Source: an uncultured Chloroflexia bacterium
GTDB taxonomy: Bacteria; Chloroflexota; UBA6077; JACCZL01
DNA length: 64,000 nucleotides
NCBI GenBank assembly: GCA_963765765.1
Contig: CAVXYC010000015.1
Coordinates: 64,001 to 128,000, forward strand
Direction of reading: 5' to 3'
Shown here in pieces: positions 32,016 through 43,336 of the stretch. The position numbers and the translations under genes are program-made. How positions within the stretch are numbered: position 1 is the stretch's first letter; every line of letters begins with the position of its first letter. Below the pieces are notes generated by a model, which saw nothing but the letters and a program-made list of their open reading frames with translations, did not search any database and was not told the origin of the DNA.

Positions 32016-32501
32016 ATGTCTAACGCCAGTCTGCAACGCCCTGAAGCCATTAAGGCGGTTGAGCGCATCTACAAGCGGCTCATTGACGCCTGGAATCGAC
32101 GTGATGCTGCCGGCATGGCCGCGCTGCTGAGCTCGGAGGCGCTCATGATCGGCTTTGATGGCAGCACGATGATCGGTCGGGACGACGTACGGGTTACGCT
32201 GGACGCGATCTTTCGGGATCACGCTACACAACCGTACGTGTGCAAGATCCGCTCGGTGCGCATGATCTCGTACCACACGGGAGTGCTCCACGCGATTGTG
32301 AGCATGGTTCCGCCCGGTGCCGATGTTGTGCAGCCTGAGCTCAATGCTATTCAGACGGCGGTCATTGCTTCGGAAAACGGTGAGTGGCTGATAGAGCAGT
32401 TCCAGAATACGCCCGCGCAGTATCACGGACGCCCAGAGCTTGTAGCGGCCCATACTGAAGAGCTCCGACAGCTCCGCCCGGATCCTCAGGCTTACCTCTA
32501 G
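32016..32501 (+). CDS. SgcJ/EcaC (NTF2/SnoaL-like) family protein
   Basis: AWNRRDA, IGFDGS, NAIQT, FQNTPAQYHGRPEL. Confidence 0.85.
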   Translation: MSNASLQRPEAIKAVERIYKRLIDAWNRRDAAGMAALLSSEALMIGFDGSTMIGRDDVRVTLDAIFRDHATQPYVCKIRSVRMISYHTGVLHAIVSMVPPGADVVQPELNAIQTAVIASENGEWLIEQFQNTPAQYHGRPELVAAHTEELRQLRPDPQAYL

Positions 32502-32503
32502 CC

Positions 32504-34124
32504 ATGCTTCCTCGGGCCGACACGTATGAAGAAGTTGTCGAGGCATTTCGTTGGGACATGCCCGAATACTTCAACATCGGCTTCGACGTGTGCGACCGTT
32601 GGGCCGATTCCGAGCCGAATCGGCTTGCACTGCTCTCAGTAGGCCGCGATGAGCAGGTCTCCACATACTCGTTCGGTGATCTCCAACGCGGATCGAATCG
32701 ACTCGCCAATCTCCTGGACGATATTGGAATCAAGCCGGGCGAGCGAATTGCAATTCTGCTGGGGCAATCGCTGGAATGCGGATTGGCGCACATTGCCACA
32801 TACAAGCTCGGCGGGATCGCGGTTCCGCTCTTCTCACTCTTTGGGCTCGATGCGCTGCAATACCGTTTATCGGATTCAGGAGCCGTGGTCGCGATCACCG
32901 ATCGCCAGGGCGCCGACAAGCTCGATCGGATCCGCTCCAGCCTGCCAGCGCTACGGCACGTGTTAATTATCGACGGGACCAGAGACGGCTGCCTCGACCT
33001 GCACGCCGAGCTCGATCGGCAGGGCGACTCGTTTGATCCGGTCCGAACGCGCGCCGATGATCCGGCCTTGATCATCTACACGTCGGGAACCACAGGCCCG
33101 CCCAAGGGCGCGCTGCACGCACATCGCGTGCTCCTGGGACATTTGCCCGGCGTCGAGATCTCACACAACTTCTTTCCGGAACCTGGGGACCGTATATGGA
33201 CGCCGGCCGACTGGGCCTGGATCGGCGGTCTGATTGACGTCCTGTTACCCGCCTGGCATCACGGCGTCTCGGTGGTCTCGAATCGGATGGAGAAGTTTGA
33301 TCCGAGCGTGGCCTTCAAGCTCATGGCCGATCTGAATGTGCGCAACGCGTTTCTTCCACCCACGGCGCTCAAGCTCATGCGCACCGTGGAGCATCCGGAG
33401 CGGCAGTGGAGCTACAAGCTGCGCTCGGTCGCCAGCGGCGGCGAGACGCTGGGCGCAGAGCTACTGGATTGGGGGCGAGAAGCGTTTGGTCTGACCATCA
33501 ACGAGTTCTACGGCCAGACCGAGTGCAACATGATCGTCTCGTCGTGCGCGCGAATCATGCCGAACAAGCCGGGCGTTATGGGCCGGCCCGTGCCCGGGCA
33601 TGACGTCGCTGTTGTGAGTGATCAGGGCGAGCCCTGCGCGGTGGGGGTGTTGGGACAGGTAGCGGTGCATCGGCCGGATCCGGTGATGTTCCTGGAGTAC
33701 TGGAGCCAGCCGCAGGCTACGCGCGATAAGTTCATCGGCGATTGGATGATCACCGGAGATCAGGGCGAGCTGGATGACGACGGCTTTATTCGCTTCGTCG
33801 GCAGAAATGATGATGTGATCAACAGCGCCGGCTACCGCATCGGTCCGGGCGAGATCGAGGACTGTCTCCTGGGACATCCGTCAGTGAAGATGGCCGCCGC
33901 CGTTGGCGTACCCGATGAGCTACGCGGGGAGATCGTCAAGGCGTTCATCGTCCTGGACGACGGATACGCACCTTCCAACGAGCTGGTCCGCGAGATCCAG
34001 GACCACGTCCGCTCGCGCCTGGCGGCGCATGAATACCCGCGCCAGATTCAGTTCATCGATGCCCTGCCACTGACGGTGACCGGGCAAAGTGATTCGGCGA
34101 GAGCTGCGCGACTGGAAGGGCTGA
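32504..34124 (+). CDS. AMP-binding acyl-CoA synthetase (3' frameshift; true end RRELRDWKG*)
   Basis: YTSGTTGPPKG, YGQTE, TGD, GRNDD.I.SAGYRIGP.EIE. Confidence 0.92.
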
Positions 34125-34195
34125 CGCTGGTCCGCCAGTCGGGTCCCCTCGTGGCGCCGACTGGTTCGCTTGTTAATTCAATTTCCAGACGTCTT

Positions 34196-34282
34196 TGTCA
34201 TCCTGGAGCGCAGCGAAGGATCTAGCCCGCCGGAGCTCAGGACTTCCGTGGGCTAGATCCTTCGCTGCGCTCCAGGATGACA
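34196..34282. repeat. Long palindromic element (GTCATCCTGGAGCGCAGCGAAGGATCT family)
   Basis: 33-bp perfect IR TGTCATCCTGGAGCGCAGCGAAGGATCTAGCCC and its reverse complement. Confidence 0.85.
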
Positions 34283-34417
34283 GAGATTACTTGATGAGCG
34301 GACGCCTACGTGTTCAAGGATTCCGACTGTGTCGGCAGAAATTCTCGCTGATACATTTGTAATCGCCACGTAAACTAGGGGCGCGCCCCTTCAGAGGCGC
34401 GCCTACCCGAGACGAAT

Positions 34418-34963
34418 CTAGACCGGCTTCAGTGGTCGATGTGGCCCTTCCGGGAGCTCCACCTTAATGGCGTCGCCCGGACGTACCTCGCCGCCCGTCA
34501 GGACAATGGCCATGACGCCGGCCTTGCGGATGAGCTCTCCTTGAGCATCGTGGTCCAGTACGGCTGACTTCAAACCAGGTTTGAATCGATCGATCTGAAC
34601 GCACGGGTTGCGAAGGCCGGTGACTCTCGATCAACGACTTCCCTTCCTATTCGAAGGCGCGTGCCAGTTGGTAAGCCAAGAATATTCGAGTCCACGAGTG
34701 GTGACGTTCTCGCCCATCTGTCCCGCCTCAACATCAAACCCAGCATCGCGAAGCTCCTCGTGAAGCTCGGAGTGGATGAGGTGGACTTGCCGTAGATTCG
34801 GTTTATCGGGATTGTTGCGAGCGATGTACAGATGCTGGACCGTGGTGCCGCGATGGGCATCGCCTTCCACGCCCTCGCCGGGTATCAGCCGGATGCTCTC
34901 CCGATTTGGCTTGCTGAACGAGTGTGAGGACGATGCGCTGACCGCGGCGACGTGCGATTGCAT
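34418..34963 (-). CDS. MOSC-domain protein (frameshifted)
   Basis: GVEGDAH.G.TVQH, PNLRQVHLIH, GENVTT.G, GLRNPC.Q, RKAGVMAIV. Confidence 0.85.
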
Positions 34964-34967
34964 TGAT

Positions 34968-35777
34968 CTAGATCCCTTGCTGCATGGGCCCGCCGAGCTG
35001 CGGCCAAGCGGCGGGCGAGATCGCTTTTTCGATCCGGTGCTCGATCGGCAGAGACTCGTCCCAATCCTGAGCGATGATGCGACGACCGTGGATGCCGTCG
35101 GACTCAGCGGATGCGAGCCAGACTACTGGGTCCTGCATGATTTCTGGCTTGAGTAGCTGGGAGCGATCACGATCCATGGGGATCATGTGCGTATCCACCG
35201 CTCCACCCGGCAGGAGCGCATTGACCGTGACGCCGCTACCTTCGAGATCGCGGGCCATAGCGGTGATCAGCGCCTCATGGCCGGCCTTGGAAGGTCCGTA
35301 CGGAGCGCCCCACAGCATGGTGGAGAAGCTGGTGGTCACGCCGATGATCCGCCCCCAGGCCTGAGCTCGGAAGTATTCCACCGAGGCCCGAGACATCATG
35401 AACGGGCCCGTAAAGTTCACACCAATGGCGCGCGTCCAGGTCTCAGGTTCCAGCTCCCAGAAGCCGCTCGTGCGGGGGTTGATTCCGGCGTTGTTGACCA
35501 GGATGTGGTAGCCGTCAAACGTCTCAATCGTCTTCGCCACCGCTGCCTTGGCATCGTCCCATGAGCTGACGTCGCCGACGATCGGAATCGCACAATCACC
35601 GCCGCCCGCTTCCAGGACCTCGGCGAGCGTTCGGTCCAGGCCCTCACGGTCGATATCCATCATGGCCACCCGTGCTCCCGCGCGGACGAGCGCCAGACTG
35701 ATGGCTCTACCAATCCCAATATCGCTCGCGGCGCCAGTGACCAGTGCCACCTTGCCGTCCAGGCGTACGTCTGTCAT
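34968..35777 (-). CDS. SDR-family oxidoreductase
   Basis: TGAASDIGIG, NNAG, YGPSK. Confidence 0.9.
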   Translation of the reverse strand: MTDVRLDGKVALVTGAASDIGIGRAISLALVRAGARVAMMDIDREGLDRTLAEVLEAGGGDCAIPIVGDVSSWDDAKAAVAKTIETFDGYHILVNNAGINPRTSGFWELEPETWTRAIGVNFTGPFMMSRASVEYFRAQAWGRIIGVTTSFSTMLWGAPYGPSKAGHEALITAMARDLEGSGVTVNALLPGGAVDTHMIPMDRDRSQLLKPEIMQDPVVWLASAESDGIHGRRIIAQDWDESLPIEHRIEKAISPAAWPQLGGPMQQGI

Positions 35778-35946
35778 TGCGATGTCCTCGTGAAAAGCGT
35801 CGTGATTGTGACGGTAGCCCCGATCCTGTGACGCCAGCAAGGTTCCACGCACTGAGTGAGCGCTTGATATGGCTTCGTCGTGTGTGTCGATGCCGTGCCA
35901 CCGAGCTTGCGCGGTCGTTACCGGCGCACGGGGGCGCCGACAATCA

Positions 35947-36061
35947 CCTGTAGCGCGGCGGTCTTGTGCCCCGCGGACCGGGATCCCTTAAGACGAATAA
36001 GTATTCGCCGTGAGTTAATGATCCCTGGTCCGCGCGGGGCACAAGACCGCCGCGCTACAGG
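35947..36061. repeat. GTAG-type REP-like inverted doublet
   Basis: 29-bp perfect IR CCTGTAGCGCGGCGGTCTTGTGCCCCGCG with AT-richer spacer. Confidence 0.85.
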
Positions 36062-36244
36062 GGAAGCTGGGACTGTAGCTCCCAATTGCGCCCGAGGATC
36101 AAGTTATGGAGTTGTATCAATTGCTCACTACGTGCGTTGGAATCTGGCTTACAAACCGGATTGACTTGATATTCCTTGCCATGATGGGTGCGTCGGGAGT
36201 CTTATAAAGGGGACTGCCCGTGCTGTCATGTAAGGAGGTGTCCG

Positions 36245-37336
36245 ATGGGACAGATCCTGGGTCTCGGTATCACGCACTATCCTGGGCTGGCGTATAAGAG
36301 CAACCTTGCCGGTCGCATCAACCTGTTGCGTTCCGACCCGGCGCTTCCGGAAGAGCTTCGTTCTCCCGAGAACTGGCCCGAGCCAATGCGCGCGCAATGG
36401 TCGAACGACGAGGGCAACGCGCATCAATCGACGCATCGGCAGGAGATGATCGAGCAGTTCCGCACGATCCGCCGCGAGCTCGATGCGTTCGAGCCGGATC
36501 TCGTGGTGCTGTGGGGTGACGACCAGTACGAGAACTTCCGAGAGGACTGTGTCCCGGCGTTCGCTGTGCTGGCCTACGAACAGGCGGAGATTCAGCCCTG
36601 GCACCATGAGCCAAGGCCGGCCTCTGGCCCGGGCACGATGGGAAGCGACCGTGTGCTGAACTCGTGGGACGAGCCCGATGACACGACGTTCACGTTCCGC
36701 GGTCACCAGGAAGCGGGTAAGTACATCGCCAGCTCGTTGCTTCACGACGGCTTTGACATCGCGTATGCCTACAAGCCTCTGCATGGCGCGGGCCTGGGTC
36801 ACGCGGTCGTGAACTCTGTGCTGTACCTGGATTGGGATCGCAGGGGATTCGACTATCCGATCCTACCGATTACCGTGAACAGTTACGGTCGAGCACTGGT
36901 ATCGGCTCGCGGTCGGCCGCAGACCCCTTCGCAGGCGCAGGCACTGGAAGGCCAGATGGATCCTCAGGGTCCGCAGCCCTGGCGATGCTTCCAGCTTGGC
37001 GCAGCGGTCGCTCGCGCGGCCCAGCGAAGTCCCTGGAAGGTGGCGCTGATCGCATCGTCGAGCTGGTCCCACTCATTCCTCGTTGGCAAGCATTCCTTGA
37101 TGTATCCAGACGTCGAGAGCGACAAGCGGTTCTACCAGGCGCTGAAGCACGGAGATTGGGATACCTGGCGAAACGTCACGATCGAAGAAGCCGAGGATCG
37201 CGGGCATCACGAGCTTCTGAACTGGTTCTGTCTGGCCGGCGCCATGGCCGAGCTCGACCGGAAACCTGATTACTCCGTCTTCCTCGAATCCTGGATCACG
37301 AACTCAGACAAGGTCTTTGCCGCGTTTCGACCCTAA
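36245..37336 (+). CDS. Class III extradiol ring-cleavage dioxygenase (LigB-like)
   Basis: G.THYP, WGDDQYENF, GHA..N, ASSSWSH, G.HELLNW. Confidence 0.85.
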   Translation: MGQILGLGITHYPGLAYKSNLAGRINLLRSDPALPEELRSPENWPEPMRAQWSNDEGNAHQSTHRQEMIEQFRTIRRELDAFEPDLVVLWGDDQYENFREDCVPAFAVLAYEQAEIQPWHHEPRPASGPGTMGSDRVLNSWDEPDDTTFTFRGHQEAGKYIASSLLHDGFDIAYAYKPLHGAGLGHAVVNSVLYLDWDRRGFDYPILPITVNSYGRALVSARGRPQTPSQAQALEGQMDPQGPQPWRCFQLGAAVARAAQRSPWKVALIASSSWSHSFLVGKHSLMYPDVESDKRFYQALKHGDWDTWRNVTIEEAEDRGHHELLNWFCLAGAMAELDRKPDYSVFLESWITNSDKVFAAFRP

Positions 37337-37340
37337 CCGA

Positions 37341-37407
37341 CGAGTCATGAGTGATGAGTGGGACTCCGAATTTACTCATGACTCATGAGCCCATCACTCA
37401 TGACTCG
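37341..37407. repeat. Inverted repeat built from ACTCATG/CATGAGT heptamers
   Basis: 16-bp IR CGAGTCATGAGTGATG / CATCACTCATGACTCG with internal ACTCATG tandem units. Confidence 0.7.
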
Positions 37408-37935
37408 CTATGCGGGATACCAGCGCTTCTGCTCGATGCAGCCTCGGAGGTAGGCGGCCTGGCCGGCGTGCTGGATGTTGTCGGCGATCACGCTCACAAG
37501 GCGGACTCCGACGGTGGGAAGCGGATTCCATTGCGGCTCATTCAGCTCGCGGTCGAGATCGGATTCCGACAGCGTCTTGATATACTCGACAGAACGCTGA
37601 TATACGGCGTCGTGATAGTCGAGGAGTAGCTGAGCGTCGGTTGGTCGAATCTCGGCGACCTGCTCGGATGTGTAGCGCTGACCAGTGTCCTGGGGATCTG
37701 CTGGCTTGCCGAAACGCTCATGCCAGCCATCGGAGACCCATAATTGTGGTTTCTCGGCGAGGCCGGAAAGATGATGGTCCTGGATGCGGGTGAGGTGCCA
37801 GACCAGCCAGGCAATGGAGTTCGCTTCATCCGTTGGCCGATAGACGAGCTGCTCCGGTGTGAGCCCGGGGAGCACTCGATTCAGGATCTGGCTAATGCGG
37901 CAGTAGCCATCGATGAGGACTTCATTGACGTTCAT
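37408..37935 (-). CDS. DinB/DUF664 (mycothiol transferase-like) protein
   Basis: NSIAWLVWHLTR.QD.H, VGVRLVSV..D..QHAGQAAYLRG. Confidence 0.88.
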   Translation of the reverse strand: MNVNEVLIDGYCRISQILNRVLPGLTPEQLVYRPTDEANSIAWLVWHLTRIQDHHLSGLAEKPQLWVSDGWHERFGKPADPQDTGQRYTSEQVAEIRPTDAQLLLDYHDAVYQRSVEYIKTLSESDLDRELNEPQWNPLPTVGVRLVSVIADNIQHAGQAAYLRGCIEQKRWYPA

Positions 37936-38006
37936 AGGTGCGTCAACCTCCACGCGGGCAATGGTACCTTGTTCCACGTGCGATCTCGGGCTAGCATGGG
38001 CACCCT

Positions 38007-39299
38007 ATGACAAATGACAGTCCAAAAGCATCGACTGGTCTGCCCGAATTCAAGCGCCCAATCCTCCCCGACCAACTGTGCAATCTTGAACGACTCCTGG
38101 ACACGATGGAGCAGCGTGGCCTTGATGGACTGGTCGCTTATCTGCGTCCCAACGTCCTGTATCTGAGTAGCTTCGCTCCGCCGAGTGGCGCTTCGGTGCA
38201 CGAGACGAACGGCTATGCCGCGGTCGTGCTGTCCCGCCATGAGCCCCAGCATCCAGTCATCGTGGTGGCGGAATTCGATCTACCTTACTTTGCCTCACAG
38301 CCGTCATGGATTGGCGACGTTCGGCCGTTTGCCACGCTGATCACGCCGCTGGATATCGATTGGCGCCAATCAGCAATCGATCGATTCTTGCCCGCCGATG
38401 TCGCTCGCCTGGAGTGGGCTCAATCGGCTCGAGAGCATTACGCATCGAGTCTCGTGGATGGAGTGCGAGGGGCGATGCAAGATCTAGGGCTCACTCAATC
38501 CCGCGTGGGTTTCGATGATGCCCGCCTTGGCAGAACGCTTGACTTTGCTGACACCGTTCAATCGGACGCCTACGGCATGCTCAAGTACGTCCGACAGGTG
38601 AAGACGGACAGCGAGCTGAATCTGCTGCGGAATGCGACACGGCTCAATCAAATGGCCATTGAGCGGACGGTCGGGGAATGGTCGCCCGGTATGACGTGGC
38701 AGGAGATGATTCACCGCTATCACGTACAGGCCGTGTCGCTTGGCGGTTTTGTCAGAGATCCAGGCGCCATCGTGGTGTCCAACACCGCGGGGCCTGAAAC
38801 GGCTTTTTTCACTGGTGCTGTCCTGGAGGACTTCGACGTACAGCCAGGTATGCGGATCATGTGGGACTGCCACGGTACCTGGGGGCACTATTGCTGGGAT
38901 GGCGGCAAGACCTGGCTGGTGGGTGGCGTTGATTCTGGCCCAGGAAGCGCAAATGCCCGAGCCACAGCGGCTTCGATGACGGAGATCATCGATCGAGCGC
39001 GACCAGGCATTACTATCAGCCAGCTCCAGGCGGCGGCGCGAGCGGCGTTTCGCCGCTCAGGCGGGGATAACGCTGAAGGCGTGTTCATCTTCTTCCACGG
39101 ACTCGGTCTGGAGCATATCGACATGGAGCTCACCTCCAGTCGGAAGGACTGGAGCCTGGAAGCCGGGATGGTTGTCTCCGCGCACATCCAGGTTCCGGGC
39201 GATGATCACTCGCGGAGCTGGTTGGAGGAGATCATGCTGGTGACGCCGGATGGCGGAGAGCCGTTCTTTACCTGGGGGCATGAGCCTCTGATGGGCTAG
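38007..39299 (+). CDS. M24-family (Xaa-Pro peptidase/creatinase fold) protein
   Basis: RQVKT..E, D..G...Y..D, HGLGLEH, LEE. Confidence 0.8.
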   Translation: MTNDSPKASTGLPEFKRPILPDQLCNLERLLDTMEQRGLDGLVAYLRPNVLYLSSFAPPSGASVHETNGYAAVVLSRHEPQHPVIVVAEFDLPYFASQPSWIGDVRPFATLITPLDIDWRQSAIDRFLPADVARLEWAQSAREHYASSLVDGVRGAMQDLGLTQSRVGFDDARLGRTLDFADTVQSDAYGMLKYVRQVKTDSELNLLRNATRLNQMAIERTVGEWSPGMTWQEMIHRYHVQAVSLGGFVRDPGAIVVSNTAGPETAFFTGAVLEDFDVQPGMRIMWDCHGTWGHYCWDGGKTWLVGGVDSGPGSANARATAASMTEIIDRARPGITISQLQAAARAAFRRSGGDNAEGVFIFFHGLGLEHIDMELTSSRKDWSLEAGMVVSAHIQVPGDDHSRSWLEEIMLVTPDGGEPFFTWGHEPLMG

Positions 39300-39414
39300 T
39301 GCCAGGTACGTCGGCACAGAGCAGATCTGGAACAATTTTGGTGATCGTGATCCGGCCGGTCGTCATCCGCGAATCATCCATCGATATCGCGGAAGTTGTG
39401 CAAGGAGCACTCTC

Positions 39415-40621
39415 ATGGCCGATGCTCAGCCTGCCCTCTTTAGCGCGGACATGCTGGCGAACCCATACCCGATCTACCAGGCGATGCGATCGGCTGATCC
39501 GATGTACTGGGAGCCCGCGCTGAACGGCTGGGCATGTACGTCGTACGAGGACGTCGTTCAGTGCCTCTCGCATCCGGACCTCTCAGTTGAGCGCGTCCGG
39601 CGCATGCCTGGCTGGGTGGAGTCCGAGGCGCAGGATCTCGAGCCGCTGCTCCGCACACTGGAAAGCATGATGCTCTTTGCCGATGGCACACGCCATCAGC
39701 GTCTCCGCGGACTCGTCTCCAAGGCCTTTACGCCACGCCCCGTGGAGCGTATGGAGACGCACATCCAGGAGATCGTCGATCGCTATCTGGACGAGGTAAA
39801 AGGTAGGTCCACGATGGACGTCCTGGCGGGCCTGGCCAACCCGCTACCCACAACCGTCATAGCTGAGATGCTCGGCGTGCCGGTTGAAGATCGCGTCGCG
39901 TTCAAACGCTGGTCGGATGACTTCGCGATGGCCTTCGCCAACGTGCAAACGACAGCCGAACAAAACGACGAGATTTTGAGCAGCGTGGCGGAGATGACGC
40001 GGTACTTTCGCCCGCTCGTGGAGCAGCTTCGTGAGAATCCGCGCGACGACCTTCTGAGCGGCTTCGCACTGGCGGAGAACAATGGTGACCGACTGACCAC
40101 CGAAGAGCTATTTGCCAACGTCATACTCATTCTGGTCGCGGGGCACGAGACCACGACGAACCTCATTGGCAACGGGACCTGGGCGCTATTCAGCATCCAG
40201 AACAGCTGCGGGCTGTGCGCGAGGATCCTACGCTGCTGCACGCTCGGCCATGGAGGAGCTACTGCGATTCGATAGTCCGGTGCAGTTCACGGCCAGGCTG
40301 GCCATGAAGGACGTTGCGCTCCGAGACCACACCATTCAGGAAGGCCAGGTCACGATCCTCATTCTCGGCGCGGCCAATCGTGACCCCGCGGAGTTCGCCG
40401 AGCCGGATACGCTGAACATCAGACGCGAGCACAACCGACACCTGGCATTCGGCCATGGCCATCACTTTTGCCTGGGCGCCGTGCTTGCGCGTATGGAAGG
40501 CCGGGCCGCGTTCAGCAGCCTGCTGCGGCGTTTCCCCGACATACGACTTGCGGACAATCCACCGAAATATCGGCCCAACTTCAACTTGCGTGGCCTGGAG
40601 TCGCTCGTCGTAGCAATCTGA
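39415..40621 (+). CDS. Cytochrome P450 (frameshift ~40190-40250)
   Basis: AGHETT, EELLRFDSPV, AANRDP, FGHGHHFCLG. Confidence 0.93.
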
Positions 40622-40795
40622 CCCTGGATGGTTCGCCGGCCACCGAGATCTTGATATGCTTCATGCGCTTGCACGCACTAAGAGGTCATTAACACCAGCA
40701 GCAGTTCCTGCTGACGGGGGCCACTGGCCGGCGAATAATCTTGGCACGGATGATGAAGTCAGGTACGGGAACCTGCAGGCCTGTACAGTGCCGGT

Positions 40796-41335
40796 ATGCA
40801 GCTCGAGACGCAGCGACTCATCCTACGCGAGTTCACGCCCGATGACGTTCCGGCCGTGCTTGCTTATCAGCAGACTCCCGAGTATCGAAGGCTCCGTTCC
40901 ACCGACGCCTACACGCTAGAAGATGCCGAGGCATTTGTTGACAGATTCGTTGGCTGGCAGCGGGAATGGCCGCGTCAGCGGTTTCAGCTCGCAATGACTT
41001 TGAAGTCACATCCCGACCTCATCGGAACCTGCGGTATCCGCATGCAAACAGGAGCGCAACGCATTGCGACGATCGGCTACGAGCTGGATCCTGCGTACTG
41101 GGGCTCTGGATATGCAACCGAGTCCGCCCGCCGCATGATCGAGTTCGGATTCCAAGATCTCGGGTTAGAGCGGATCGAAGCTTGGTGCCGCGTGGATAAC
41201 GCCGCCTCAATCCGCGTTCTGGAGAAGCTGCGGCTATGTTGCGAGGGGCGATCCGCCGATTCCGAGCACGTACCCGAGCGATGGCGCAAACACTTCCGCT
41301 TCGCGTTGCTCAAGTCTGAGTGGCGCACCGCTTAG
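40796..41335 (+). CDS. GNAT N-acetyltransferase (RimJ/RimL type)
   Basis: LETQRLILREF, IGYEL...YWGSGYATE, N.ASIRVLEKL. Confidence 0.9.
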   Translation: MQLETQRLILREFTPDDVPAVLAYQQTPEYRRLRSTDAYTLEDAEAFVDRFVGWQREWPRQRFQLAMTLKSHPDLIGTCGIRMQTGAQRIATIGYELDPAYWGSGYATESARRMIEFGFQDLGLERIEAWCRVDNAASIRVLEKLRLCCEGRSADSEHVPERWRKHFRFALLKSEWRTA

Positions 41336-41403
41336 GTTTTCGGCCCATCCATTGCGTGAGTCTGGGTCAATCCGGTTGATCTGACAATGTCAAGGGGGCT
41401 AGA

Positions 41404-41485
41404 ATGGCAACAAACGTGTCGGCGGATGAGCTATCGAGATCGATCGAAGCTGACTGCGATGCCACTGGACGGTTCTGAGCTGGGT
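41404..41485 (+). pseudogene. Collapsed remnant of traR/dksA-like 5' end fused to usp 5' end
   Basis: ATGGCAACAAACGTGTCGGCGGATGAGCTATCGAG identical to 44192 onward; then CCACTGGACGGTTCTGAGCTGGG identical to ~44608. Confidence 0.85.
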
Positions 41486-41655
41486 GAAGTTTTCTAGCGA
41501 GCTACGTCGATACCCTGCGTAGTCATTGCGGCAGGCCTCTGTTCAGTGACGCGAGTGCCTATTGCATCGGTGGCTAAGCTAGGGTCCGGTCCTCGCGACG
41601 ATTGGTGCCTCCACTCGACCTGCTCGCCGAGTGATCCCAAGGAGGGGAGGATCCT

Positions 41656-41896
41656 GTGAGCTTCGTCAGTCCGCACTCCACATCCGCTACACAATGCTCG
41701 GTACGGTATTCGGTGCATCTCTTACTACAGTTAACCCGGAACTGAGATCAGCGCCACACAACAAGGCATTCGTCCAAGTCCCGCCCATGCGGCCCCGGCA
41801 AACGTTCAAGTCGGTGATATTGCGTTCTCGCCGTCGGTGAATAACGTTGCGAATCCGATTGACCCTGTTATTCAGTACCCCAGCGGCACTCGATGA
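41656..41896 (+). pseudogene. 5' remnant of a secreted protein resembling 62315-62885
   Basis: RBS AAGGAGG, GTG; PAHAAPANVQVGDIAFSPSVNNVANPIDPVIQYPSGT aligns by eye with AQAAPSADVGNFRLGAIKFATAVSQDFIPTNPQTEF. Confidence 0.4.
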
Positions 41897-41949
41897 GCAA
41901 AAGCTCCTTCTGGCGTGGCTCGCCCCAGCGAGCAACAACTGGACACAGG

Positions 41950-43196
41950 TGCCGAACTCCAGCAGCAAGTTCAGGATGACGGATGAAGTGCTCGAGTCTT
42001 ACGTCCGCCAGCTGATCGAGTCACAAACAAGACCCCGAAATCACCGTGGCCTGGCAGGGTGGCGAGCCTACCCTCATGGGCCTAGGATTTCTTCGCGTCG
42101 CTCCGTGGAGCTGGAAAGCAAGTACGCCACGTCAGGGACAGCCATCGAGCACACCATCCAGACCAACGGCACGCTGCTCGACGACGGAGTGGTGCAACTT
42201 CTTTCGGGAGCATGACTACCTGGTTGGGATTAGTCTGGATGGCCCGCGAGAGCTTCATGACGCATACCGAGTCGACAAAGGCGGTGGACCCACATTTGAC
42301 CGAGTGATGAAGGCGATCGGCCTGTTGAAGGAGCATGGCGTCAGCTTCAACATCCTCACCACGGTCCACGCGGCGAATGACGGACCACCCTTTGGAACTC
42401 TACCGCTTCTTACGAGACGAGATTGGCACCCAGTTCATCCAGCTCATTCCTATCGTCGAGCGGGCGACAGCTGAACTTTTGTCGATAGCCAATGAAGGCT
42501 GGAGTAAGCGGCCCGGGGGTGGTTCGCCCGCTTTATCAGCAGGTCGGGGACCTGGTGACGGATCGATCCGTCGGCCCCGAGCAGTGGGGGCGCTTCCTTA
42601 TTGCCGTTTTCGACGAGTGGGTCCGGCATGACGTCGGTACGGTGTTCTTTCAGATGTTCGAGTCTGCACTGGCATCGTGGATGGGATTGCCGCCGTCGCT
42701 CTGCGTCTTCGCTGAGACATGCGGAAACGCGCTCGCCCTCGAGCACAACGGCGATCTCTACTCCTGTGATCACTTCGTCGAGCCCGCTTACAAGTTGGGG
42801 AATATTACGGAGCTACCGATGCTCGAGATGGTCGCCTCGGAGCAGCAGCGCACGTTTGGTGAGGACAAGCGGGACACTCTACCCAGATATTGCCGCGAGT
42901 GCCCCGTCAAGTTCGCCTGCCACGGCGAATGTCCAAGGAACCGCTTCATCAATACTCCCGATGGCGAGCCCGGACTGAACTATCTGTGCGCGGGCTACAA
43001 GGCGTTCTTCATGCACATTGACCATCCAATGCGCGTCATGGGGCAGCTCATACAGCAGGGTCTGCCTGCCGATCACGTCATGGGCATTCTTGCGCAGGAA
43101 GAATCGGCGCTAAAGACCAAGCTAGCCCGTGCCGGGCGCAACGATCCCTGCCCGTGTGGAAGCGGAAGAAAGGTAAAGGTCTGCCACGGGCGATGA
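41950..43196 (+). pseudogene. Anaerobic sulfatase maturase (radical SAM/SPASM + SEC-C), 5'-truncated and frameshifted
   Basis: FRM.DE.LE.Y.RQ, WQGGEPTL, QTNG.LL, GISLDGP, YSCDHFVEP, CRECPVKFACHGECP, GRNDPCPCGSG; no CxxxCxxC seen upstream. Confidence 0.8.
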
Positions 43197-43336
43197 GAGC
43201 GGCTAGGCATAGAGCTCCCGCGGGAAACCTCGGAGAGGCCCGGCCACCCAATGACGCTTGCAAACGACCCCGGATCTTAGGCGTTCAGCTCATCCTCTCC
43301 GGGACTCAGAGCCCACGCTCGCCTGATGGCTCAAAA

